Part shown: positions 1 through 7,793 of the stretch, in pieces
Layout: each line of letters starts with the position of its first letter
How positions within the stretch are numbered: the first letter of the stretch is position 1
NCBI GenBank assembly: GCA_016844935.1
Contig: JAERTK010000101.1
Span: forward strand, 1 to 24,000
Source: Desulfobacteraceae bacterium
GTDB taxonomy: Bacteria > Desulfobacterota > DSM-4660 > Desulfatiglandales > Desulfatiglandaceae
Length of the DNA stretch: 24,000 nt
Direction: 5' to 3'
Program-made: the position numbers and the translations under genes
The notes under the pieces: model-generated
What the model was told of the DNA's origin: nothing
Databases searched by the model: none
Seen by the model: the letters and a program-made list of their open reading frames with translations, nothing else

Positions 1-1145
1 CGTCTGGGATCGATGGAAATCACCACGGCCTGGTTTCCATAAACCCGGGCGATTTCTTCAATGGCGCTCTTTCCGGTTTTACTGCCGGTTTGGAGGTATC
101 GTTCCACAACCAGGACGGCATCACTGCCGATGGAGATTTTATCCGCGCCGGATCTGAAATATTTTGCGGCGACCTCCAGGGCCGTGTAGGTTCTACCATT
201 CTTATCCGTGTAGTCCCTTATACCGCCGCCGATGGTCAGTGGGACAAAAACATTTTCGGAGGTTTGTCTGAGCACTTCGAGCATGGGCATGTCTTCCAGG
301 GGGAAATCCCTGAATCCGGTGATATTGAGGAAGGTGATTTCGTCGGCCCCCTCCTGGTAGTACCGTCGTGCCAGATCTACCGGCATGCCCAAATTCCTCA
401 CATCACCGTTTTCCCTCACATCATATTGATCCCCCTTGGTGACCACCAGATCTCCCCGGTCGTTGGTGCGTACGTCCAGGCAGGCAATGATCCGCTTGGC
501 CAGGAATGTCGGGGTTGAAATTTCCGGGGGCATTCCCCTTTCCCCATCCTTTTTGAGAAAGTTCTCCAGCACACAAAGGCCTGATGTGCCGCTTTTTTCA
601 GGATGAAACTGGGTGGCAGTCACGTTCCCTTTCCGGATGGCGCTGACAAAACCATAGCCGTAATCGGTGGTGGTCAGAACGGTATCATCGGCATGGGGGT
701 TCACGTGATATGAATGGACAAAGTAGAATTTTTCGTTGCCTCGAAGACCTGCAAAAAGCCTGGAAGGTTGATGAATATTCAGTCCGTTCCAGCCGATGTG
801 CGGGACCGAAAGGTTTGTGGAAAACCGCTGCACGCTTCCCCGGATGAACCCCAATCCCGGCATGTCGGGTGCTTCTTCGCTCTTTTCAAACAAGGCCTGG
901 AGCCCCAGGCAGATGCCCAGGAAGGGACGATCGGCCTGGAGGTAGGCCAAGAGCGGAGAAACGAAATTCTTTCGGTTCAGGATTTCCATCATGTTGCCGA
1001 ATGCACCCACCCCGGGGAAGACCAGTTTTTCGGCGGAAAGGATATCATTTTCCGTTTCAACAAGATGAACTTTTTCGCCGAGGCTTTCGATGGCATTGAT
1101 GACGCTCCGAACATTTCCGGCGCCGTAATCGAGCAACGTGATCAT
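1..1145 (-). CDS. hisHF: Fused imidazole glycerol phosphate synthase with HisH glutaminase and HisF cyclase in one polypeptide (His7-like). The C-terminal part lies beyond the window edge.
   Basis: Manual minus-strand translation from ATG 1145-1143 gives the HisH amidotransferase motifs: MITLLDYGAGNVRSVINAIESLG...LVFPGVGAFG...PFLGICLGLQALF...PHIGWNGL...YFVHSYH...ATQFHPEKSG. The frame stays open through ...LENFLKKDGERGMPPEISTPTFLAKRIIACLDVRTNDRGDLVVTKGDQYDVRE...GADEITFLNITGFRD...VPLTIGGGIRD...SGADKISIGSDAV...AVVISIDPR, which is the HisF barrel. It is absent from the ORF track because there is no stop codon inside the window. Confidence 0.9.
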   Translation of the reverse strand, partial: MITLLDYGAGNVRSVINAIESLGEKVHLVETENDILSAEKLVFPGVGAFGNMMEILNRKNFVSPLLAYLQADRPFLGICLGLQALFEKSEEAPDMPGLGFIRGSVQRFSTNLSVPHIGWNGLNIHQPSRLFAGLRGNEKFYFVHSYHVNPHADDTVLTTTDYGYGFVSAIRKGNVTATQFHPEKSGTSGLCVLENFLKKDGERGMPPEISTPTFLAKRIIACLDVRTNDRGDLVVTKGDQYDVRENGDVRNLGMPVDLARRYYQEGADEITFLNITGFRDFPLEDMPMLEVLRQTSENVFVPLTIGGGIRDYTDKNGRTYTALEVAAKYFRSGADKISIGSDAVLVVERYLQTGSKTGKSAIEEIARVYGNQAVVISIDPR

Positions 1146-1167
1146 GTGTTGTTTCCTTAAGCTACTT

Positions 1168-1237
1168 GGGTTGCGCATCCCCCGTTATTCGGGTTGCACC
1201 ATAAGGGGGGTTGCCTATCCGCAGGGATTTGGGTTAT
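1168..1237. repeat. Four direct copies of GGGTTGC (last copy GGGTTAT) in the hisHF / C-N hydrolase divergent intergenic region
   Basis: GGGTTGC occurs at 1168-1174, 1191-1197 and 1208-1214, and GGGTTAT at 1231-1237. Spacing is 23, 17 and 23 nt. All copies lie in the 179-bp spacer between two divergent start codons. Confidence 0.3.
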
Positions 1238-1324
1238 ACAAAATATGATCCGGATTGTAAAGTTCGGCCGGGAATGAAACAGCCCTTTTTGCTAAGATGG
1301 AACTTGTGAAAGGATAATTTACAC

Positions 1325-2095
1325 ATGCGTGTCACCAATATTCAGATGGACATTAAGGACGGGCCCAAGGAAGATAATCTCCGGGCAGCTTTGGATCTGA
1401 TCGATGGGGCGCCCCTCAGTGATTTGATTCTGCTGCCGGAGCTGTGGCCATGCGGCTACTTTTCATTTCATCGTTATAAAAGCGAAAGTGAGCCCATCGA
1501 TGGTCCGACCGTGTCAGCTTTGAGAGAAAAGGCTTCAGGTATGGGGATTCATATCCTCATGGGGAGTCTTGTGTTGAGGGAAGATGATAATTTGTTTAAT
1601 GCGGCGCTTCTCCTGGGTCCGGACGGCGGGATTATGGCCCAATATCGAAAAATTCATCTTTTCGGATATCAGTCGGAAGAGCGGAAGCTGTTGAACCCCG
1701 GCGAAAAGCCGGTGGTTGTGGATCTGCCTTGGGGGAAAGCCGGGATTACCACCTGCTATGACCTGAGGTTCCCGGAACTTTACAGGATGATGGTGGATCA
1801 GGGGGCCTCGTTTTTTCTGGTGCCCTCGGCCTGGCCCCTGGCCCGGCTCGATGCCTGGAGACTGTTCAACCGCGCCAGGGCACACGAAAACCTGTCTTAT
1901 CTTCTTTCGTGCAACTGTGCCGGATCGGGAGAAGGGAAGGCTTTTGCCGGCCACAGTATGATTGTTGATCCCGGTGGAGAGGTGCTGGCGGAAGGTGGGG
2001 AAGATGCCTGTTATGTTTCCGCCGAAATTGATCCTTTGCGGGTCAACGCGGTGCGTGAAGAATTTTCCGCTCTCAATGATCGGATTTTTTCTTGA
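1325..2095 (+). CDS. Carbon-nitrogen hydrolase (nitrilase superfamily, omega-amidase/YafV-like)
   Basis: 256-aa ORF. The Glu-Lys-Cys catalytic triad contexts are visible: LLPELWPCGYF, YRKIHLF, ITTCYDLRFPELYR. An AAGGA-like SD lies about 10 nt upstream of the ATG. Confidence 0.85.
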   Translation: MRVTNIQMDIKDGPKEDNLRAALDLIDGAPLSDLILLPELWPCGYFSFHRYKSESEPIDGPTVSALREKASGMGIHILMGSLVLREDDNLFNAALLLGPDGGIMAQYRKIHLFGYQSEERKLLNPGEKPVVVDLPWGKAGITTCYDLRFPELYRMMVDQGASFFLVPSAWPLARLDAWRLFNRARAHENLSYLLSCNCAGSGEGKAFAGHSMIVDPGGEVLAEGGEDACYVSAEIDPLRVNAVREEFSALNDRIFS

Positions 2096-2133
2096 ATGCG
2101 CCCTTCGCTTCAAATGAATACGAGGTATTTTGA

Positions 2134-3348
2134 ATGACCCGAACCTATGATATCGGTTTGAAAGAAGCGCTTTCCCTGACCCTTGGCGGCATCGGTGCCA
2201 TGAAACCGGTACCGATGCCTGTTCATGAGGTATGTGGTTTTGTGGCATCGGAGGACCTGGCGGCGGTAGTGGATTGCCCGTCGGCCACCTCTTCCCTGCG
2301 GGATGGCTATGCGGTGATGTCAGTTGATATCGAAAAGGCTTCCCGGACAAACGGCATTCCGCTTACGGTTTCGGGTGTTCTGGCTGCGGGGGATCACACC
2401 GAAAAGATCGTACGGCCCGGTGAGGCGGTTAAAGTGCTGACCGGTGCTGCCATGCCAAAAGGTGCGGATGCGGTGGTGTCTGTTGAATTCACGGAACTTC
2501 AGGGTGACAGGGTCGTCTGTTACCGGGATGCGCCGCCCGGATGCAATCTTTTATTTCAGGGGAGCGATGTGGCAGCCCGTGGTTTGATCGTAAGCCGGGG
2601 ACAAGCCATTACACCCGCATTGACGGGGTTGCTGGCCGCAGGTGGTCTGGATCAGGTGAAGGTGTATCCGTCACCGCGTGTGGCCGTTGTGGCCACCGGC
2701 GATGAGGTGGTTTCCCCCGGATCCCCCCTCAGGTCCGGTCAGTTGTATGCCAGCAATATGGTAACCCTGAACGCCTGGCTGCGCCATTTCAGCATGGAGG
2801 GGGGAATGGCGGTTGTTCGGGATCATCCCCATGAACTTGAAGAGACGTTCAGAAGACTTCTCGACGGGAATGATGCCCTCCTCACCAGCGGCGGCGCATG
2901 GAAAAGCGAACGGGATTTGACCACCAGAGTCCTGGATAAAATGGGCTGGGAAATGTTTTTCCACCGGGTCCGGATCGGGCCGGGAAAGGCTGTGGCCCTG
3001 GGAATACTGGATGGAAAACCCATATTCTGCCTTCCGGGCGGCCCCCCGTCCAACGAGATGGCATTCCTGCAGATTGCTCTCCCCGGTCTCCTTCAAATGG
3101 CGGGAAAACCCACCGTGCCGTTCCCATTGAAGAAAGCTCGCCTGGCAAAAGAGGTGAACGGCGATATCACATGGACCCAGTTCTTTCACGCGGCCCTTGA
3201 AAAGAGGGGAGGGGAATTGTGGGTCATCCCCCATCGCATGAAAAGCCGGCTCCAGTCCCAGGCCCACGCCCAGGCCCTGATCCGGATTCCCGAAGGGGTT
3301 CAATGTCTGGCGCCGGGCAATATTATCGAGGTCCAGGTGCTTTCTTAA
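2134..3348 (+). CDS. moeA: Molybdopterin molybdenumtransferase MoeA
   Basis: 404-aa ORF with MoeA hallmarks: SLRDGYAV, KVLTGAAMPKGADAVV, VVATGDEVV, LLTSGGAWKSERD, IFCLPGGPPS. A GAGG SD lies upstream of the ATG. Confidence 0.9.
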   Translation: MTRTYDIGLKEALSLTLGGIGAMKPVPMPVHEVCGFVASEDLAAVVDCPSATSSLRDGYAVMSVDIEKASRTNGIPLTVSGVLAAGDHTEKIVRPGEAVKVLTGAAMPKGADAVVSVEFTELQGDRVVCYRDAPPGCNLLFQGSDVAARGLIVSRGQAITPALTGLLAAGGLDQVKVYPSPRVAVVATGDEVVSPGSPLRSGQLYASNMVTLNAWLRHFSMEGGMAVVRDHPHELEETFRRLLDGNDALLTSGGAWKSERDLTTRVLDKMGWEMFFHRVRIGPGKAVALGILDGKPIFCLPGGPPSNEMAFLQIALPGLLQMAGKPTVPFPLKKARLAKEVNGDITWTQFFHAALEKRGGELWVIPHRMKSRLQSQAHAQALIRIPEGVQCLAPGNIIEVQVLS

Positions 3349-3363
3349 GCGCCTTTATAACCC

Positions 3364-4395
3364 ATGAAATCAGAGAATATGGCAGCAACTGATCAGGAAA
3401 CGGGCTTGATACAGGTTTACACAAGCCCATCAGGAAGAATGAATTTTGCCCCCTTCGGATTAGCCCTTCGCGCGTCAGGTTATGGGTTCCGGACCCTCAT
3501 CACGCGATTTGTTCACCATGAACTGGAACGTGGGGAGAAGGGTGCCGTAGCATCCCTCGCGCCGAACCTGGTGATTGACACCTCAGCTTTGAGGGGTTCA
3601 ACGGACTCCGGCATGGTTGAGGACGGGGTCAAAGAGGCTTTTCAAAGGGCTGCACACGCCGCTGTGTCAGGCGCCTATGATCTGGTGGTGCTCGATGGTG
3701 TTCTGGGGGCGGTTTCAAGGGGCTTGGTTTCAGTGGAAGAGATCGTCGGGCTGATGCGGGGAAAAGCGACACATGTGGAACTGCTTCTGACAGGACCCGG
3801 GTCCTCGGATGAAATCACGGCGGAAGCCCATCTTTTAACGGAAATGGAAGTCCAGAGGGTGGCTCGGGATGCACATCCAAGCCCTGTAGAAGTGGTGACC
3901 GGCAGGGGTAAGGGAAAGACCACTTACTGCCTGGGAAAGGCCTTGCTCATGAGCAGTATGGGTGTGTCTTCCTTTGTTCTTCAGGTCATTAAGTCTCCCA
4001 AACCTTACGGCGAGGTCATGGCCATTGAAAACCTGCCCGGGATGGAGATCCAGTCCATGGGAAAGGGCCTGGTGGACAAGGAAAATCCTGATGCGGACCA
4101 ACGGCACCGAGAGGCGGCAAGGGAAGCGTGGGAGCAGGCGAAGGAGATCGTATTGTCTTACCGTTACGGGCTGGTGGTGTTGGATGAAATCAACATCGCC
4201 GTCAATTATGGTTTCATCCAGCCTGATGAGGTACTGAACTTGCTCTCAAGAAAACCAAAAGGGATGCATCTCATGCTGAGCGGGCGTTACGCAAAACCCG
4301 AGCTGATGGCGCAGGCAACGGATGTAATGGAAATGATGGAAATTATACACCCCTTTAAGAATGGCGTCGGTGCAAGAAGGGGGATCGAATACTAA
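3364..4395 (+). CDS. Tandem-duplicated CobA/CobO/BtuR-family ATP:corrinoid adenosyltransferase-like protein. The N-terminal copy lacks the P-loop.
   Basis: The C-terminal half (about nt 3886-4392) aligns with Salmonella CobA. It has the P-loop VVTGRGKGKTT (GRGKGKTT at nt 3901-3924), LVVLDEINIAV, LMLSGRYAKPEL and the family-typical C-terminus ARRGIEY. The N-terminal half (about nt 3403-3860) has the same spacing of blocks (IQVYTSPSGRMNF..., LVVLDGVLGAV, LLLTGPGSSDEI), but GKGKTT is replaced by SGRMNF. Confidence 0.8.
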   Translation: MKSENMAATDQETGLIQVYTSPSGRMNFAPFGLALRASGYGFRTLITRFVHHELERGEKGAVASLAPNLVIDTSALRGSTDSGMVEDGVKEAFQRAAHAAVSGAYDLVVLDGVLGAVSRGLVSVEEIVGLMRGKATHVELLLTGPGSSDEITAEAHLLTEMEVQRVARDAHPSPVEVVTGRGKGKTTYCLGKALLMSSMGVSSFVLQVIKSPKPYGEVMAIENLPGMEIQSMGKGLVDKENPDADQRHREAAREAWEQAKEIVLSYRYGLVVLDEINIAVNYGFIQPDEVLNLLSRKPKGMHLMLSGRYAKPELMAQATDVMEMMEIIHPFKNGVGARRGIEY

Positions 4396-4426
4396 CTATT
4401 TCCATGATGGGATCAAATCGACCGTA

Positions 4427-6001
4427 ATGAAATATAACCGTGTGGCGAGAACGGATGTTTATTTGAGCGCTGTAGGATTTGGCACCTGCCAGCTGCGGCT
4501 TGTCCCGGTACGACAGGCGCTGGAGACTTTGAAACGCGGATTTCACCTGGGCGTCAACTGGGTACACACTGCCCCTGATTACGATGGAACTCAAAATCTA
4601 GTGGCCAGAGCGATTCGGGAATCTGGAAAAGATGTCATGATGGTTTCTCAAGGGTACGGGGATATGGCGCACTTTGAGTACCTTTTTGAGAACACATGTC
4701 GGATATTGGGCAAAAACCGGCTGGAAATGTTCGGTATCGCCTGTATCGACGACCGGGAGTATCTTCAAGAAGATGTGTGGGGGCCCACCGGTATGGTGGC
4801 GTACCTCGAGAACAAAAAAAAAGAAGGTCGGCTGGGTGGTATTTTCTGCAGCACCCACGGGACCGCCGGGTATATATCCCATTTGATTGCTTCCGGCCGT
4901 TTCGACGCTGTAATGATGGCCTACAATCTTCTTGGTTTTCATCTGCTTTCATATTGCCCGACGGATCACAAAAAAGTTGAGGATATTCCCGAGAACAAAA
5001 GGGTGGTTTTTCCTCTTGCCTTAAAACAGGGCGTCAGCCTGCTGATCATGAAACCTCTGGCCGGTGGGCTTGTTTCAAACAGCACGGCATTCCCCCCCTA
5101 TCATACATTTTCCAACCCATCTGGACCCGTTTCGGCAATGGATCAACTGCGGACCATATTGAAAAATCCCGCAGTTTGTTCCGTTGTGCCGGGGACCGCT
5201 TCCGTGATGGAGGCGGAAGAAAATGCGCTGGCTGGACATGAGGGAGAAGGGGTTGAAACGAAATCGGATTCCCGAATCCGGGATGCGTTAAAAACGCTTC
5301 AGAAAGGGCTTTGCCGCCGCTGCGGAACTTGCGAGAAGCTTTGCAGTCAGGACCTTCCGGTTTCCTGGTTGTTCCGTGATGCCTATATTTCCAACTATCC
5401 ATCAGAAACCTTTGAAACCATAGATGATTTGCAGTATTTCCGAATTCACCCATGGCTCGCGGCTGTGTGCAAGTCCTGTAATGACAGAACCTGCCGCTGC
5501 CCGCACGGCGTTGATATCCCCAATGCATTGAGCCATGTCCACGATAAGATGCTGATGCTGCGGACTGAAAAACGACTGTCCCTGGATGCCAAGGATCCGG
5601 GCAACCTGAGGCAGGGTCCACTTTCCGTGCGAATTCTTCGAAAGGAAATCCCCCGATCCATTCATGCAGGGGAACGAAAAGTCTGTCGGATTTTTTTGAT
5701 GAATACAGGCGAGCATGTCTGGCCGTCACCTTCTGAAAATCAGGATGGCACCCATGTGGTGCTATCCGTTTCAGTGGATGGAAAACTGTCCAAAAAGGTT
5801 CCGTTGAGGCGGAGCGTTCCCCCCGGAGATCGGACCTATGTTGTCTTTAATCTGAAATCGCCCTTCCGTGGCGGCATGCGCCGTCTGCAATTTTACCTGA
5901 AAAATGAAGGAAGATCCTCTTTGGTCCATGCACCGACCCTTCTATTTGACTCAGATCTTGAAGTTTCAAGGGGTAGTGTAGCCTCATTTTTTAGACCATA
6001 A
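4427..6001 (+). CDS. Aldo/keto reductase with Cys-rich Fe-S module (COG1453-like) and a C-terminal Ig-like (NBR1-type) domain
   Basis: The ORF 4361..6001 is trimmed to ATG 4427, because MKYNRVARTDVYLSAVGFGTCQL matches the usual AKR N-terminus. Two Cys clusters are present: CRRCGTCEKLC and CKSCNDRTCRCPHGVDIP. The last ~120 aa (CRIFLMNTGEHVW...VPPGDRTYVVFNLKSP...LQFYLKNEG) look like a beta-sandwich domain. Start at 4361 cannot be excluded. Confidence 0.8.
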   Translation: MKYNRVARTDVYLSAVGFGTCQLRLVPVRQALETLKRGFHLGVNWVHTAPDYDGTQNLVARAIRESGKDVMMVSQGYGDMAHFEYLFENTCRILGKNRLEMFGIACIDDREYLQEDVWGPTGMVAYLENKKKEGRLGGIFCSTHGTAGYISHLIASGRFDAVMMAYNLLGFHLLSYCPTDHKKVEDIPENKRVVFPLALKQGVSLLIMKPLAGGLVSNSTAFPPYHTFSNPSGPVSAMDQLRTILKNPAVCSVVPGTASVMEAEENALAGHEGEGVETKSDSRIRDALKTLQKGLCRRCGTCEKLCSQDLPVSWLFRDAYISNYPSETFETIDDLQYFRIHPWLAAVCKSCNDRTCRCPHGVDIPNALSHVHDKMLMLRTEKRLSLDAKDPGNLRQGPLSVRILRKEIPRSIHAGERKVCRIFLMNTGEHVWPSPSENQDGTHVVLSVSVDGKLSKKVPLRRSVPPGDRTYVVFNLKSPFRGGMRRLQFYLKNEGRSSLVHAPTLLFDSDLEVSRGSVASFFRP

Positions 6002-6033
6002 AACGTTTTTGTAATCCATGAAGAGAACAACCC

Positions 6034-7773
6034 ATGGCCAAAAGTCAGACCCTGTGGGGTCGAATTAAGCGTCAAAAAAACAGGTTCTCATCGTCTGTTG
6101 GCGTGCGAAAAGGAACGCCCGGGGACGGAAGGAATTACGGCGCCATTTTTGTTAACCATAACATTCCCCATCAACTGAGAGCAGGGAGTATTTACGGTGC
6201 CAGGATCACCTTGGAAAATAGTGGAAATTTTGTCTGGTGCCGGGATGATCCCAGTGAAAGTCGTATCGATTTGGTGTTGCGGTTTGCCGACCGGGTGGTC
6301 GGAACCTATCAGATGCCCACAAGTATGGTTAACCCGGGTGAGCAGGTTACGCTTTGTTTCCCTTTGACCGTCCCCCATAAAGAAGGAGCACATCAGGTGG
6401 TGCTCGAACTTGTGGCCCAGGACGTCGCCTGGTTCAGTGACAGAGGTGTGTCGCCGCTCGCCATAACATTGATATCCGATTCTTCCAATGGTTTATTACC
6501 TGATGATCCCCGTGAAGTTACCAGATCTGTGAACCCGTGGCATTACCGACCCACCGGGGGAATTGAACGAAGCAGCGAGGGGATGACCTTTCCTCTATTC
6601 GTATCCAATGCCAAAGGATGTCATTTGTGGGACCAGGAGGGTCGCTGTTATATCGACTATATTATGGCCTGGGGTAGTACAATCTTGGGCTATGGGGATG
6701 ATCGGATTCAGGAGGCTATCGGCGCTGTTCTTGAAATGCCGCCACTGACACCTTTTCCAAGCTGTCTGGAAATGGATGTGGCGCGAATGTTAACGGAAGA
6801 TATTCCCTGCGGTGAAATGGTTGTTTTCGGAAAAAATGGTTCCGATGTATGTACTGTTGCGGCAAGATTGGCGCGCCTTCATACAGGAAAGCGGGTCATT
6901 CTGTGCAGCGGATATCACGGGTGGCAGGATTTCTGGGTTGAAGCGGAGGGTTTTGGTGTAACCGGTGTGCCCGATAGACCGGAACCGCTTATCCATCGAT
7001 TCCGATTTAATGACAGGGACGATTTCTTCCGTCTTTTTAACCTTTTCAAGGGTGACCTGGCGGCGGTTATGCTCGAACCTTCCGGGCCGGGGGAAAGCAT
7101 CCAGGGCCCCGAGCAGGATGCGGATAAAGACTTTTTGGCAACCATCGCCGAAGCCGCTCAATCTGTCGGGGCTCTCCTGGTATTCGATGAAATCATTACG
7201 GGATATCGATATCCGTCCGGGGGCGTGCAGAAGGCATTTGGCATTGTGCCGGATCTCGCCTGTCTTGGAAAGGCCATTGGATCGGGAATGCCCCTGGCCG
7301 CTCTGGTGGGAAAGTCTCACATTTTCGAGCAATGCATGGAACGTACTCATTACGGGCCAACCTTCAAGGGCGAAGTCTATTCCCTTGCGGCAGCCAAAGC
7401 CGCCATTCAGATTTACCGCGCCGAACCGGTAGCCGAGACCATCTGGAACTACGGAACAAGACTGAAAAAGGAGATCAACAGACTATGTGCCAATATCGGG
7501 GTAAATGCCAGCTGCAAAGGCCCGCCATTTCGAATGGCCTTGATCTTCCAAGAGGCAGACTCCGACCGATTGAGATTAAAACGGACCCTTTATGTTCAGG
7601 AACTTCTGAAGCAAGGCATTACCACGTATAACGGCATAATGCTGCCATCATACGCTCACGATGAGGCGGTTATGGGGGAGACTCTTGAAGCCATGGGCGA
7701 AACGCTGGAACGATTGGCCCACGCTGAAAGACAAAACAATTTCGAGCGGTACCTGGAAATTCCCTTATTGTGA
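6034..7773 (+). CDS. Class-III (GSA-aminomutase-like) PLP aminotransferase with an N-terminal Ig-like (NBR1-type) domain
   Basis: 579-aa ORF. The C-terminal ~400 aa carry WGSTILGYGD, FGKNGSDVCTVAARLAR, VFDEIITGYRYPSGG and PDLACLGKAIGSGMPLAALVGK (PLP lysine context). The N-terminal ~150 aa (ARITLENSGNFVW...VNPGEQVTLCFPLTVPHKEGAHQVVLELV) form an extra domain. Confidence 0.85.
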   Translation: MAKSQTLWGRIKRQKNRFSSSVGVRKGTPGDGRNYGAIFVNHNIPHQLRAGSIYGARITLENSGNFVWCRDDPSESRIDLVLRFADRVVGTYQMPTSMVNPGEQVTLCFPLTVPHKEGAHQVVLELVAQDVAWFSDRGVSPLAITLISDSSNGLLPDDPREVTRSVNPWHYRPTGGIERSSEGMTFPLFVSNAKGCHLWDQEGRCYIDYIMAWGSTILGYGDDRIQEAIGAVLEMPPLTPFPSCLEMDVARMLTEDIPCGEMVVFGKNGSDVCTVAARLARLHTGKRVILCSGYHGWQDFWVEAEGFGVTGVPDRPEPLIHRFRFNDRDDFFRLFNLFKGDLAAVMLEPSGPGESIQGPEQDADKDFLATIAEAAQSVGALLVFDEIITGYRYPSGGVQKAFGIVPDLACLGKAIGSGMPLAALVGKSHIFEQCMERTHYGPTFKGEVYSLAAAKAAIQIYRAEPVAETIWNYGTRLKKEINRLCANIGVNASCKGPPFRMALIFQEADSDRLRLKRTLYVQELLKQGITTYNGIMLPSYAHDEAVMGETLEAMGETLERLAHAERQNNFERYLEIPLL

Positions 7774-7793
7774 CGTCTTGTTTGTGAAGCGCC

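Noticed and set aside
90-1160. Plus-strand ORFs 90..518 (142 aa), 714..1160 (148 aa) and 869..1099
   Set aside because: They lie antisense to a continuous minus-strand frame with unmistakable HisH and HisF motifs. Their translations are low-complexity with no recognisable family.
1535-2350. 271-aa minus-strand ORF overlapping the C-N hydrolase and moeA
   Set aside because: It is Pro/Gly/Arg/His-rich, which is typical of antisense translation of a GC-balanced gene. It spans an intergenic gap of the real genes and has no motifs.
4814-4822. A9 homopolymer inside the AKR/Fe-S gene as a possible slipped-strand phase-variation site. Similar A8 and T9 runs occur at ~12365 and ~9786.
   Set aside because: It encodes an in-frame Lys-Lys-Lys in a loop-like region (ENKKKEGR). 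There is no evidence of frameshift or of alternative ORFs that would be restored by slippage.
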